The position numbers and the translations under genes were made by a program. A stretch of DNA of 64,000 nt from positions 434,001 to 498,000 of the forward strand of contig CP142726.1 in NCBI GenBank assembly GCA_036630325.1, written 5' to 3'. The DNA is from Vairimorpha necatrix (Eukaryota). The notes beneath the pieces were generated by a model. That model did no database searches and was not told the DNA's origin. It was given only the letters and a program-made list of their open reading frames with translations. Position 1 is the stretch's first letter, and each line of letters opens with the position of its first letter. Of the stretch, positions 1 to 13,993 are shown piece after piece.

Positions 1-136
1 ACTTTATGCGCACCTCCTTATTTTGTACATTTTTTTAGTACCATTTAATATTATAAGTTGATAGATAGAACCAGAGCAAAATTCCTATAAATCTACTATT
101 TAATATAGATCTTAATTCAACCCCAGGTCGCATAAG

Positions 137-140
<4 letters not shown>

Positions 141-172
<32 letters not shown>
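141..172. repeat. (AT)n microsatellite
   Basis: Uninterrupted AT dinucleotide run of about 16 units. Confidence 0.95.
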
Positions 173-174
<2 letters not shown>

Positions 175-966
175 GCTTGATTATGAGTTAAGTGTAACAG
201 TTTGAGTTTATAACTTGTCACACGACATCCTTCCTGTTCCTAAGACAAGCCCAATGAGACTCTAACACTCGAACCCCCGGGGGCTGTCATATCTCAATTA
301 CGGCCGAGCCATAGACGTAAACAAATACGTCTTCGTCAACAAACAAATGACGAATAAGAAAATGTCTAATCTAGTGAATAATGTCAGAATATGAAAATCT
401 GTACAAGAGGCCATCTTTTCCTCCAATAATTGACATGCTTGACATTTATTAAAAATAAAACATAAAAGGATGAATTTCTAGCCCTTGGTCGAGTTATGAA
501 AAGAACAAGAGTCAATAAAAATTATACTAAAGTAAATTATTTAAACAAGCCAAGCGGCCAGGAAGGCAGCTCGCACCACATAACTCATTTTAAACTTCAG
601 ATTATACATATTTTTGTAAACTGAAAGAAATTAACTGTGAAGCATACAATCAAAATAAAAATTCTTTAAAGGTTTCTTGTATCTATTCCAAAATATTCAA
701 CCTATTCATAAAAAACCAACATTAAAATGAACTATCAAAAAATATTTTTATAATGTGACAATAACAGCTTTTTGCAAGAAATTAAAATCTTTCGGGCCAA
801 CATGGCAATAAAATGTGTTGATTGGTATAATGAAGCTAAAAGGCAAAAGGAACTTTTTTAGCATCTTCTGAGGTGCACAATTTCTAATTTGATTGAGACA
901 ATTTTGAATTTGACGAGAGGTTATTGTAGAAATTTAAAAGTGTTTTTTAATATAATCCATTTCTAC

Positions 967-3900
967 TAAACATATTTATTCTAAAATTAAGGATATAAAA
1001 TATAATTTTTTAAATCTCAACATCCCCTCTTAAAAACATTCGTCTATTTTTAATTTCGGCTGAGAAGAATGTCACTTAATAGTTTTGTTTCCTGTCCTCA
1101 CCAGATATGTGTTGTTTTCTAAAACTTTATAAATTAAACATAGAACTCTAAATTTGGGTTCTCCTTTTCTGACCCCCGTTTCCGTTTTTATAATAACGCT
1201 ATCTCCCTGTAAAAATTGTGGTTCGGTTTCTCGGTTTTTATTTCTTTCATTGAATTTTAGTATCTCCTCATATTGTTTTTCTTTCACCTTTTGGAAATTA
1301 GTCGGGGTTAAAGCTTCATTCGGAGACATACCTAATTTACTATGATTTATATAGTTATATACATCTAAAACCTTTGAAAGTCTAATTTAAAGATTTTCTT
1401 TTCCCTCTTGTTTGTATATTCCTTCTTGTATTGTCCTATTAAATCTTTCCACTCTTCCATTGGACTGGTGGTGAAATGGCGAGGTATAATGTAATTCGAC
1501 ATTATTACTCGCTGCCCAACATCTTATTTTTTACTTAGGTTTTCTTTCGATTAATCTAAAATTAGTTTATGTATCTTAATTTTTTGATTTATCATATCTA
1601 AAAATTTTACAATTTTCTTACTCTCCCTGGAACTTAGTACCTTTCCAAATCCGAATCGACTAAAGTAATCAATCCCAGACACGATATATTGGTTGTTAAT
1701 TGGACCAATAATATCTATTGCTACTTTCTCTCCAATTGCATGTGACTTTACAAAAAAATTCTTTTCCCTCTTTTAAAATTATACATTTTACACCGAATAC
1801 ACCTCTTTAGCTAGTTTTTAGTCAATTTTTCCATATATTTCAAATCGTATTTCTTTTTAAATTCATTTTGAACTGCTTTATAACCTCTATGGACAAGTTC
1901 TAGAAGTTTATCACGATTAATTTTTCTTTTGTCTTCCTCAGTCATTTCTAATTCTAGATTTTTAATCTCTAATATTTCTTGTCTTGGTGATCTGGATAAG
2001 CAATCACATGTGGAATGTATGTTCCTTTTCTATATACAACACAATAATTATATTCACTAAGTTTGTCTAACCATCGTTGGATACGCAAGGATTTTATCTC
2101 TCCCCGATTTAGTGCTTTTAGGGCCATATGGTCAGTGACTGCAGTAAATTCATTTCCATAGAGGAAATATTTGAAATGTTTTATCCCTCATAACATCGCT
2201 AAACATTCCTTTTCGCTGATTCCATAGTTTATCTCAGCAAATAACAATCTTCTTGAAGCGAAAGCAATTGTTACTGGACCACTTCCATGATCTTGTGAGA
2301 GGATAGCTCCTATTCTTGACTGGCATGCATCTGTTTCTAAAATATAAGGTTTTTTGTAATCGGGTTGGGATAGAACCACGCGTGATCTCAATATACTTTT
2401 TAATTTCTTAAAAGCTTTTTCTTCTTCCTCTTCCCACTTAAATACAACATCCTTTTTAAGTAAATTATACAATGGCCCGGCAATGATTGAACATTGTGGA
2501 ATAAATTTACGATAGTAATTAATCAATCCTAAAAATTCCTCACAAGATTTTCTATTATTTGGTCTTTCTATATTTTCAATTCCTTGTTCGGCCGAAAATT
2601 TCGGCTTTATCTTGTTATATTCAATAACATGTCCTAAAAAATCTATGTTCTCTTTTTTATGTATAGTCTTTGACTCGTTAATTCGTAGCTCATATTTTTG
2701 TAGCTTGTTAAAAACCTTTGTATAGCTTGTATCATGTATTTCTTCATTTCTACCAAAAATAAGAATGTCATCAACATAGACAAAGCAATTTTTCCCTATT
2801 TCTTCTTCAAGGACGTTGCCCATAAACCTTTGAAAACCGGCTGTTGCATTTTTAAACCCGTGGGCATTACGTTCCATTTGTATATTAAATGATTAAATCT
2901 GAAAGCGGTTTTGTGTTTGTCTTTTTCAGCCAATTTAATTTGAAAAAATCCATATTTTAATCTAAATTTTGAAAAAATATTTCATGTCTCTAAGACTGTA
3001 TATAAGTCTTTCAAGATTATGGCGGGAATAATTATCTAGATCTACCAATCTGTTGAGCGCTATTAAATTCGTAGTAACTCTTATGGATCCATCCGGTTTG
3101 ATCACTGGCTTAAGGTTATTTAGCTATGTCGAATTAGATTTCCTTTAAACTCGTTTTTTAATAACTCATTTATAGAGCTTTGTATTCCTTCCTCCAATTT
3201 CTTTGGTAAACTATAAACGTGTTCTATTACCTTCTCTCCTGGTTTTGTATTGATCCCACAAATTCTATTGTTCGGTTGTCGAAAGACTTTACAAATATCA
3301 TCTTTTTCTATTAATATTTAAAATTTTTTAACTTTAGGTAAAACATACATTCTGCTTTTAAATATTCTATCACCATATTTGTATTCCACAATAACATATT
3401 TTCAACTAAAAATTCTTCTTTAAGGCATGTGAAAAATTTCAAAACATTCATATTCTTATTAAGTTTCAATTTTAAATCATAGACAGCTTAAAGAGAGATA
3501 AAGTTGTAGGCCGCACCCGAATCAAAAACCACGGGCACTATTTTAGTCCCAACATAAATAAAATTATTTTTATTCGTAATATAGCTTTGATCTACTTCCT
3601 GACTATCCTTTTCAATCTCATTAATATTCTTTCGATCATCATTAGCCTGTTTATTATTTCGATTTACCCTACAATCCTTAGCTAAATGTCCCGGCCTTCT
3701 GCATCTAAAGCATGTATTTAGTTCCTCTGTTTAGTAAGTCTTAAACCAGCCAACTTGATATTCAATAATGCTTAAATCTCCATCTCATTTAATATTTTGT
3801 AAAATTCTTTGGTGATCTCATATTGGGTTGCAAGAAAAATTTTAATCATTTTTAACTTTTTATCTACTCCTGATCTAATAATTTTTCTTCTGTTAAAATT

Positions 3901-4291
3901 GGAAATTCCATTTTCATTACATTTAGAAACTACATCTTTGATAAAATCAAGAACTTTTTGTTCTTCCTTCTGCTTCATATTGTAAATGTCAAAAAGCAAT
4001 GTTTTATTCTCAAATTCTTGTTCCACTTCATTTTTCCAAATTTCAAACGTTAAAGCGGCTTTCCTTTTATCTTTAAAAGTCCTACAATGCCAATCTAAAA
4101 TATGAGAGCTAGGTCTGCTTATTAAAAAATCTAACTTCTCCTCATTGGTCATTTTTGCCCAACTACTCAGAGCCTCTGCTCTTCCAATCTCTACAATTAT
4201 ATTGTCTTTGTTTATTTCGATTTTATATTCTCCACCATAAACATATTTATCTAAAAATTAAGGGTATAAAATATATTTTTAAATTTCAACA
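967..4291 (-). mobile_element. Degenerate Ty3/Gypsy LTR retrotransposon with ~55-bp LTRs
   Basis: Similar direct repeats at 967-1022 and 4238-4291. TSD TCTAC at 962-966 and 4292-4296. Minus strand shows PBS TGGTGGAGAAT beside the 5' LTR and PPT AGAGGGGA beside the 3' LTR. Remnant motifs: CFRCRRPGHLAKDC knuckle (~3670-3715), FDSGA protease (~3515-3530), YVDD RT and TDAC RNase H (ORF 2188-2877), frameshifted integrase. Confidence 0.9.
2188..2877 (-). pseudogene. RT/RNase H fragment of Gypsy pol
   Basis: GFKNA..FQRFM, YVDDILIF, FLGLINYYRKFI, LETDAC, NYGISEKECLA; flanked by frameshifts and stops. Confidence 0.9.
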
Positions 4292-4643
4292 TCTACATCA
4301 AATACCTATTCATAATTTTTAATTTCGATTATCATTTTTTTCATAACAAATTAGTCAAATTCGGTCTAAACAAATATTTTATTAGCTTTTAATATTGTCT
4401 CTTGCCAAAAAATATCTCATTCTACATTAAAAAGCGCATTAAGAGATGTCAAAAAATAAATTGTTCTAAAAAATAAATCCAGAATGATGGAACGGTATCT
4501 TCGAAAGTAAAATAAACATAATTTTGGCATTAATTGCCACATTATATTAATTCAATTTCCCTCTAAATGAATTTTCTAGAATTTATTTTTCTATAAAAAT
4601 AGATGAATTTTATTAAGGTATACTTATTACAAATTATTTTTTT

Positions 4644-4885
4644 TTAACAAGGGAAGGATCCGTGTTGGCGTCTCCTGTTTGTAGATGGCTTCTCGTCTAA
4701 AGTTCTTTCCACGTCGGCTTTGTCTCCTCTCATTCGGTAGTCCAGAAAAATGCTTTCTAGCGTCTTCTTTGGCGTGATCATCTGGAAGTACGCTTCTACC
4801 TTATTAGGGATTATAAGTCTTGTGGTATTATATTTGTGAAAATTAATCACTATAACGTCCTAAGTGATTATGTAGGGAATTATTT
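4644..4885 (-). mobile_element. 3' fragment of R4/Dong-like (REL-endonuclease) non-LTR element
   Basis: Reverse complement matches 42215-42360 (AAGGTAGA.GCGTAC.TCCAGATGATCACGC.AAAGAAGACGCTAGAAAGCATTT.TCTGGACT). Confidence 0.75.
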
Positions 4886-6245
4886 CTCTTTTAATTTTCC
4901 TATAAATATTTTCTTTTTACTTTATGACACAAAAATGTCAAGGAAAACAGAGGAGTACCACAAACAGCGTCAAGAACCGCTTTTTTTCAGAAGAGGGAAA
5001 ACTATGCCTAAGGAGGCTATATAAATAAATACGATTTAATTAATAACAAAACTTTAGCACTCGGGAGAAGCATCATGAATGCTATCTGAGTAATGGTCAA
5101 CTTCCGAGTAATACCTCGATGTAATATATTAGAAAAGCATGTCTAAAAAGCAGCTGTACCTATTAGTAGGTACTTAGAGCGCATCTAATAAGTAAGAATT
5201 AGAATTAATTACAGTTCACTATTTCCAACATGTCAATTTTTATGTAAGAAATTGAAAAAACGAATCATTTTTGCACCTGATAGGCATAAATTTTTACACA
5301 AAGCAGTTTAAACTAGTACTCAAAGGCCAAGCTGTACTTCTTAAAGGACATTTATAATCGAATAAGACATGATTTTTTCCTAGCAAAAAGTCTAATCACA
5401 TCGTACATGGGCCATTATTTTAGAAAATGGCCCGAAATGCGTGTTTGACCGAAATTTTTTTGCTGGAATACGAAGGTTGAAGTTGTATTTTAATTTTATA
5501 AAAATTATTAGATTTGTTTGAAGTTTTTTATTTGGAGGTCTTAGATTTATGAATAACAATTTTTTTAATTGTAAATTTGTCTATAGGAGTAAAGCATATC
5601 TCAGTCTATCCTCTACGCATTTATAATCGATATAATTATAGCAAAAGGTCTTTTGCTAAAGCTGTATTCGAAAATAAGTTTATATTAGTTCTTGCCTATG
5701 TGTATTCTCTTCTTGCGACCTGAATATTGAATTTTTGAATGTCTTGTTGTGACGAGCACTTATCATAAGTGTTGAAGAATTTGTTCTTAAGATTGCCCAA
5801 TGTGATTCATTACAACATTAGGTAGAATCATATATGACGAAAAATGAATGGTCTCTAATGCCCTTTTACGATTTTGAAATTGCGTTTTTCGTTTAAAAAT
5901 AAAGATTTAGAATATTTTTTCACATAGAAACATGCGGCCTTTATGTTTAAATGTAACAACTCTTTATTTCCTTTAATATGTAAAAGGTATAAATTTAAAA
6001 AATAACATCAAAAATTGGATGTGCATATAAAATTTTGCGCGGGACTCTAACAATTGTAAAATCTTGTAAGCTCTTTTTTGCAGAATGTATATTTCAAAAA
6101 TTGAGCATTAAGCTATGTTTTAATATTTACAGTATGTTTTTCTTTTGTAAGAACATTTATTTTTGTACTATAATATTTATTTATTTTACATACAATTTAT
6201 GCATCTAAAAAAATGATAGCATCAATTTTAATTAAATTTTAAAAT

Positions 6246-7030
6246 TGTAGTCTATACTAAGGGGGTTTTTGGGTTTTATGCACAATGAAAATGAGAATAC
6301 AAATCATATGTACTTATTTTTATAATGAGAGATAGAAATTATTCAAATATATAACATCCCTCTTCCAAGAAGGGTTTTCTTCCTTTATCCTCATCCCAAG
6401 CAAATTTTTTGAATCATAGCGTATTTTCTTCACGTATCTTTCAATTCCGCGCTTTACAATGTATGAATCACTACCAAATCTCTCTATAAATTTAAATTTT
6501 CGCAAAACCTGTAATTCGAATTTTTATATGTACCTTTTAAGTTTTACTTCTTAGCTACCCTAACGTAATCATCTATTTTAGAACTTCTCGCTTTCCCTTG
6601 TTAAACATTTTTTCCATAGTTTCATTGCGGATGTTCTTAATCATTACTTTCCATGTTTCATTTTCTGTTTCTTCTTTTGGTTTACATTTATTGCGGCGTA
6701 CTAACTTAAATTATAATTATCAATACTACTCATAACCTCCTCTTCTAAGGTACCTTATTTGTACTATAAATTCTCTCTTGCAACGTTCCTATGACCCTTC
6801 CGACCCTATTCTTACTCCTGTTGGACTGACCATTTACTTTTCTATTTTAATTTCTAGTCTGTTACAAAACGCTCTTAACCCTCATTAATAAATTCTCGTC
6901 CGTATCAGTTAAAATCTATTCAGGCTTTTCCCTTGCGCGCATAATCTACTAATAAATTCTTAATAAATTGTTTATTTGTGTATAATATAATACCTTACTT
7001 ACTGATTACTTTTGACAAGCTATACTCACA
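6246..7030 (-). mobile_element. 3' remnant of Gypsy element (integrase end, PPT, probable ~110-bp LTR)
   Basis: Minus strand GGAAGAGGGA followed by TGTTATATAT at 6356. ORF 6320-6505 (GSDSYIVK..VKK) resembles the integrase C-terminus of the 19858 element. Left LTR edge uncertain. Confidence 0.55.
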
Positions 7031-7099
7031 ATTTCTTCTGACAGTTATCGGAGTTCAACCTGAAATTCACATATTGGGTTCTCGAATACCCCTTCCTAT

Positions 7100-7620
7100 T
7101 CAGTATCAATCCCATGTCTGATTGACATAGTTAGGCTTTCTAAAGTCATTTTAAGGACTCTTGTCTTTATATATGCTTCCGTTCTGGGTTCTGATCGTAG
7201 CTCTTTGATATGCAAGCGGTGGAAATTAGTAACTATTCCATCCCAAGTCATCACATAAAAAATAATTTTCGGCTTATATTTTTAAAGAGAGGTCACATGT
7301 TTTGCAGGCAAAATATATTTATGTTTCTTTTCTGTTTCTGCCGCATGAGTGTTGTTAAAAATATGATTCCAACTTCTACAACGATCACTTTTTCCTCAAT
7401 TTGTCCAAAAAAAGAAATAAGGCTTGTTTATCTTTTATTTTGATACTTGAATGTATCCCAGTGTTAACTTTTATCTCAACATACTCATTAGCTACACATT
7501 TCTAGACCGAATAGTTTCTTATTCTTTTAACATGGGATAAACATATGTTTTACACAACTGCAGGTGTGTGCATCGAAGTGCCTCACTGTGTCGCCTCATG
7601 ATTCAAAGTATCATAAAATA
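7100..7620 (-). mobile_element. Degenerate R4/Dong-like non-LTR remnant (REL endonuclease region)
   Basis: Minus strand gives RRHSEALRCTHLQLCKTY, ANEYVEIKVNT and VIVVEVGI, paralleling RRHNEIVKCIHLLLCEKY, ANKDVEIRIET and IRIIEIGV at 41850-42215. Confidence 0.6.
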
Positions 7621-8303
7621 TACTTACAAATATTTAACTCCATATTCTCAGTCTCTCTTTATACGATAATTTAGATAAATTATCCTGAGAAGGGGACGAT
7701 AATGACGACGAAGGCGAGAGAAACGTCAAGTAACAATAACAAAAAAAAATAATATTATAAACACGTTTCTCAGTGATGGATACCACACATGTTTTTTTTT
7801 TATGCTATATTGAGAACAAGTATGCTTTAAAATAGATAATTAAAGCTTGCTTTACATGATGAATCTATATCAATATTTTTTTATTGTCAAATTGGATTTG
7901 ATTATAATTATTATTTATAAGTGCTTAACATAATTAGGGTTTAATATTATTATTGAATATAACATTATTTATATAGATAATAATTGCATTATAGTATTTT
8001 AAAATTGACTTGTAAACATAGAAGTGATAACTAAAAGCAACTTTTATAAGGTTTATGTTGTTTATTATCGTATGTCCAAAATGTATATTTTTAAATGTGT
8101 AAAATACTTTTTATTATTTTTGATATTACAAGGCGTGCGATCTAAGTTCCTATGAACATGCACAAAACAAAAAATATGTTTATTTTTTTATTATTTTATC
8201 TATAAAAATATTCAATCATTTTTGTAACCAAATAATTTTCATAAGTAATGTTCAAAAATGTATTATGGTTCATAATAGCTTGATTGGTATATTTTTTATT
8301 AAA

Positions 8304-8728
8304 TCAACCTTGTTTTAATAAATTCTTCCTTCTTTTCTTTGTTTTACAATAAAGGATAATTAATTCATAAAATTTAGCATAAGCATTTCTTGCAAAAATC
8401 TCATCCACATCTTGTAGTTCTGGTGGTTGGGAACAATTATTTCGTCCAACATTAAATTTCTGCATTTCTAATTTTATTCTCATCCGACAATGCCTTCGTT
8501 AATACTACCTTATACGCATAATGTAGGATATATTTAAAGGCTTGATTTGTTAATATTATACAATTTGATTTTTGATTTGATAGTTAAATTATCATGATGT
8601 CTTCCAATGAATTTATAGTCTTAAATTTTTTATTGGTACTTATGTTATTTTATTGGTTATTGGCATGATTACATAAATAAATATTTCTATTGGTACTTCT
8701 TTGGTTTTCTATAATTTTCGTTAATCAT
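8304..8728 (-). pseudogene. Possible frameshifted gene divergent from the TBC gene
   Basis: CCCC motif just upstream of ATG 8728. Protein-like segments in shifting frames (KYILHYAYKVVLTKALSDENK; SQPPELQDVDEIFARNAYAKFYELIILYC). No family recognised. Confidence 0.2.
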
Positions 8729-8731
8729 AGT

Positions 8732-9712
8732 ATGGGGAATATAAGAACTCGTAGTGTGAATATTGATTCAAAAATAGAAAAGCAAATTAACCCTAAGGAT
8801 TGTATGGCCATAAATCTTTTTCAAATAAATAATTATATTTATTGTGGATTTTCGAGTTCAATATACCGCCCTAAATATTGGAAAATTTTACTTGGATATT
8901 ACTCAACTAATAAGTTTAAAAGTAGTATATTTTACATGAAGCAACGTTATTCATATTCGATATACATTAAAGATCTATCGAGTATCAAAAATCAATATTT
9001 TAAAATAATTGAAAATGATGTTTCACGTATGTGCATTGAACCTATAATAATTAATAAAAAAGAAAAATGTGGATTTCTTGATACATTACATTTAAAATCT
9101 GGGCTGACTCGTAGAGATATTTTAATTAGAATATTAAAATGTTTCGTAGTTCACAATAAATCAGTAGGTTATATACAAGGAATGATAATGGTGTTAATTC
9201 CTATATACCATGTTTTTATATATAGTGAGGATATAGAAGATTATAGGAATTCTGAAGAAGATGCGTTTTTCTGTTTTAATTTTTTAGCTTCACATTTGTT
9301 CGAAAAATTTATAAGTGAAATCGACAATGAGCAAAATCTTTTATTTTTAATGAGTCGAGTATGGAAAATTTTAAAAAATGTAGATTATGAATTGTATAGA
9401 TGTTGTCTGAATAAAAAAATAATAGAATGTCACATATATCTGAAATGGATCTTATTTATATTCTCTACAGAATTTAAAATGGAAGACACTCAATGGTTAT
9501 GGGATAGAATTCTAAGTGATTCTAATAGATTCGAAATAGTTTATTATTGCGTAGCTGCCATTTTTAAAATATTTAAAGAGACTATTATAAAGGAATCATA
9601 TGAAATCATTCTAGAACAATTGCAAAATATATCATTATTAGATGTAAAAAAAATATTTTACATTGCTAATGAACTTAGAAGCGAAATCATACAATTTAAT
9701 GTTGACATATGA
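8732..9712 (+). CDS. TBC-domain Rab GTPase-activating protein
   Basis: RPKYWKILLGY, IENDVSR (IxxDxxR arginine finger), VGYIQGM (glutamine finger), EEDAFFCF, LWDRILSD. First ATG is 8732; ATG 8804 preceded by CCC is an alternative start. Confidence 0.9.
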   Translation: MGNIRTRSVNIDSKIEKQINPKDCMAINLFQINNYIYCGFSSSIYRPKYWKILLGYYSTNKFKSSIFYMKQRYSYSIYIKDLSSIKNQYFKIIENDVSRMCIEPIIINKKEKCGFLDTLHLKSGLTRRDILIRILKCFVVHNKSVGYIQGMIMVLIPIYHVFIYSEDIEDYRNSEEDAFFCFNFLASHLFEKFISEIDNEQNLLFLMSRVWKILKNVDYELYRCCLNKKIIECHIYLKWILFIFSTEFKMEDTQWLWDRILSDSNRFEIVYYCVAAIFKIFKETIIKESYEIILEQLQNISLLDVKKIFYIANELRSEIIQFNVDI

Positions 9713-12593
9713 AAAACGGAAAACCAAAGTATATTGTATATTGTATAGTATTTTTAGAAAGAATAAGATTATAATATAACGCGAATAATATAAAACTAAA
9801 AAAATTCCTAAATTTGTTAAATTCTTAGAAAAAAATTATGGCTAGATATGAGTACAAAGTAACATAGCTCTTTATAATTTTTTTAGTCTAAATCAACTAA
9901 CTCGTTTTCCATCAACTAACTATATTAATCCTCCTGAAGAATTTTGAGAATCTCATTAAACATATTCCAAGAGATTAGTTTCATTAATAAAAATGGATTT
10001 TGACGCTAGTTACTATACTCTACTGTATCTCTTAAAGATACATTCCTCGTGTTAATTATTTAGATCCAAGAGTACAATCGTTGTATAAATGAAATATATT
10101 TTTGAGACTTCTCAGATATATCTTTAATTTAGATAATTATATTTTATGTGTTTAAAAAATTGGTCTATGACTTTAAAGCGGATTCCTGTTTCTAGGCATG
10201 TTTTTACAATTATTATTTATGCTCGCCCCCAGTAAAAAATTTAATGTATATTTGATGAAATGTTTTGTATAGTAATTAAAGTTATTGTTATTGTTTTTTT
10301 GATATGCATTTTACTGTATTATATTTTTAAAGTTCTACTCATACACATAAATTTTTAGTTTTTCTATAATTAAAAATTGTCAGATTTATACATTTTTTTC
10401 ATCGCTTATATAACTGTACATAAAAATGACTGTTGTCAGTGTAAACTTTGTCTTTTTAAATTATTATTACCGAACTTTTATATATTTTTTATTAATCGAT
10501 AATATATGGTTTAAGTTCAAGGACGTATAACATTGATTAAAATATTAACTATCCTATTAGCTACAAGTTTAAATCAATTGCAAATAAAATAAAAAATTAA
10601 TTAAATGATAGAAAATTGTAGGTTAAGGTTTAAGTCATTGTATATTTATATTCTTAACGTCTCGCGCATAATTTAGAACTGAGTGTTGTAATTATCTTTA
10701 CTACTTCCTACGGCCACAACTTGTCTCTCAAATAAATGTATACTTTTATGTGGACTAACTATGGGCTGGATTTTACTCTTTTTGCGTCTTACTATCCCTT
10801 CTTGGATCGGTCTTTATAATATTTTTTCCACTTTTATATTACATAAAGGCTATGGGCATCCGATTTTTCTTTACGCGTGTATTCCCATACAATGGAATTG
10901 AATTTTATCCGCCTATATATTTTTTAAGTACGACACGGTTTTTTTTGAACTCCTCTCTTTTATACTTTCTTTGGATTTTTGGACACTAGTGGTTCGTCTA
11001 TCTTGCCACGACAACTTTAATTGTGAATAAGGGAATGTAGGACTACACCTAACTTGCACATCACTTATGCGAGATCTTATTAAAGTCAATACTTTTTCTT
11101 GCCGCTTTTCATAGCTCCTTACGTCTTCAGCTCTACGGATCTTTCGACTAATGCAAGTATCACCTTCTATTCTGCTAGCCAACCAACTAACCATTGAAAC
11201 TTATTCGGCCTTTCTTACGTTTATGCCTTACAAAACATACAACATCTTCTTTTGGTATTGTTTGCGTTTAATAATTTTTTGTACTCCACCACGTTAAAGA
11301 TGTTTGTAAGTTACGGTTAAATTTATTAAATATATATTCTTTACAAGCATGATTAAATTGGTTAATAATCCATTTTAGTGATGCCCTTCCGCGAATATTA
11401 TCATATACAAGCTATGTTATTTTAAGTCTTTATCTCTCAATTGATCTTTATGTTTCGTAAAGTAAAAATATATTCCTTTCGCCAGTTGATTGACTCTTAA
11501 ACAAGATTAATCATCCTTGAAGATCGGAAGCAATAAATATATCAATTTTTTTGTAAATATTTAAGACACATTCATTTGAGCTCCCATAAACTTGTTAATG
11601 AATTTGCAAAAATGTTGTCAGCCATTTTTTATATTTGAAAGATAAAACTTTTTAGAAATTAAGTAGATTTCATAACTAGATGAATTTTAAAAAATGGGTT
11701 TGTTAGAATAATAATAATAAGAGGATTCTGTCTCTGATTTATGAGCAAAACATTTGATTTAATTATAAATTAGATCTAAGCAGACAGGATTAATTTGTAG
11801 ACAACAAAGATAACAACTCTAATTATATATGCATCGCTGTATTTGCAAACTAACTCATGATAAGTAATATAAGACTTCAAAACGGAACATTTGCTCTTTT
11901 AATTTGGTTATAGTTAAAAGGGTAAGATTTGCCCCCATGTTATAATATTTAATGGAATCAATGAAATACCACGAGATATTTTTTAGCTGTCCTTATATGC
12001 CGATATCTCGTGCAAATGCACAAAACTCAGTTATAGAAGACTCTTAAAAGTGAGTTACCCTTTAGAATGCAAAATATATAGTCAGTAAGTAACGACAAAT
12101 AACGACGAAAATTGGAAATAGCATAGCAAATAGTTTATATAAAAACGAAGATGGTTACATGAAAACAAATATAATAATAAATTTTTTAATTGCTTCTTTT
12201 ATCCGTATATCATTTCGTGATGACTTTTATTAATGAATGTAAAACATCATCACATTAATCATTTAGTTTATTATATTTTTCCAAACAAAATGTCATTCAT
12301 TTGTTTGTTTGTTTACAAACAATTAAATATTTAAAATATTTAAAAATAGCCCCTCACCAAAAAATAGAGGATGATGAGCAATAAAAGAAATAAAACTCAA
12401 TATAGTAAAAACCATATTTACAACCCTCAAACTAATAATCTCATTGAGACGTACCTTCGCTTGGGGTACGTCACATTCATAAAATAAAAATTTATTTGAA
12501 GTGTTGATGCTTTTTCGATATTTTTATTCAAATTGAAAATTGTTTCTGTTTCACTTATATTGTTTTGTTATGATAATTTATCAAAATATATTA

Positions 12594-13910
12594 CAGGGTT
12601 TTGCATTTTTATAGTCCAACTTTTGAAAAAAAATAACAAAAAACCCAGAATTTGATACAATGAACAATCAATAGAATTATGTGTAAATAATATGCAACCT
12701 CATTTAATTAGATAAACTCGTTTTTCTGCCTTGCCATTTCTAGCCATCTTACCATATTAGTGTAGAATCCATTACACGAAAGGCTAAAATCGTTGTTAAT
12801 CACTTGCTCCAAATCTGTTTCTACTGTATTATTTAAGTTTCGTATAGCACAAAACCTCGATTTTATCATAGAAAAAAATTCTTCAATAGGATAAAGTTGT
12901 GGGGAATATGAAGGAAAAAAACATAAGATATGCATAATTCTCTTAGCTTATCCAAAACTTCTCTTGAATGATGAAATTTAGCATTATCCATTATTAAAAT
13001 TTTTTGAAGATTTGTTTGGAAAAAATCTACAAGATGCCTTTCAATAAATTCGACGAATAGAGCAGAATTATATGCGTTTTTTTTCATTTCGTATGCTATA
13101 ATATTCGATTTTGAAATCACGCAAAGATAACTTAAATTTTTGCCTCGATTTGCGGGGACTGTTTTAAATGCTTTTTTATTTTTATAAGAAAACCCATAAT
13201 GCCTTGTGGTATGGGCATTAAATCCAGTTTCATCCAAAAAAACAAATTTTCTAATGAATACCCCGATATTTCCATGGCACATTCAGCTCTTTTATCAATT
13301 TTGTCCTGCGAATTACGCTCTGCAGGAATTAGAGATAGTCTTTTTCTTGTAATATTGAGATATTTTAACTTTCGAGAAATAGTAGACAAAGACATTGAAA
13401 CATTTCCTAAAGTATTTAGTTCCTCTTTGATTTCACTAAGAGTCTTGTCATTACTACGTGCAATTAAGTTTTTTAGCACAAGGTCGGATGGCTTTAATAC
13501 ACTAGGAGATGATACTTTGATACGATTTATTGTACTTGTAGAACAAATGGATTCTCCCTCTAACATTTTCCTATGTATCCTCCAAACTGCTTTATAACTT
13601 CATTCTAATGTAGTAGCCATATCTTTTAATGTTAAGTTTTCGTTTTTTATATGTTTTCAATAAGGAAAAGACATCTGGAGTGACTGTAGATCTTGGTTTT
13701 CTAGGCATTAGGGGGGTTTTTTCAAAAAAAAACCTTCGGAAATAAAAAAAAATGGACTATAAAAATGCAAAAGTTGGACTATAAAAATGCAAAAGTTGGA
13801 CTATAAAAAATGCAAAAGTTGGACTATAAAAATGCAAAAGTTGGACTATAAAAATGCAAAAGTTGGACTATTAAAATGCAAAAGTTGGACTAAAAAAATG
13901 CAAAACCCTA
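12594..13910 (-). mobile_element. Tc1/IS630-like DD(34)E DNA transposon, transposase frameshifted
   Basis: TIR CAGGGTTTTGCATTTTTATAGTCCAACTTTT at 12594 with an inverted copy ending at 13910 (terminal base mutated). TA on both flanks. FLDETG, IMDNAKFH and SPQLYPIEE are split across ORFs 13132-13566, 12866-13282 and 12708-12935. ATG 13708 follows CCCCCC. Confidence 0.9.
13753..13905. repeat. Seven tandem ~22-bp units (TGGACTATAAAAATGCAAAAGT) at one transposon end
   Basis: Units start at about 13753, 13775, 13797, 13820, 13842, 13864 and 13886. The unit is the inner part of the TIR. Confidence 0.95.
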
Positions 13911-13993
13911 TAAAAAATATCATACTATGCGGGTTGAGAAACATTATATAAAAGCAAAATATGCTATAGGAGATACAATTGCGTATACATTTG

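Noticed and set aside
1-240. LTR end at the window start (purine tract + TG on the minus strand)
   Set aside because: No partner LTR or adjacent coding remnant visible.
8380-8630. CWC24-like zinc finger (KDYK..G; TRCG*DFCKKC)
   Set aside because: Motifs lie in broken frames, and a longer open frame reads differently; likely coincidence.
10620-11520. Further Gypsy integrase remnant
   Set aside because: Only faint motif traces; boundaries and strand could not be fixed.
13753-13905. CRISPR-like array
   Set aside because: Units are contiguous with no spacers, derive from the transposon TIR, and the genome is eukaryotic.
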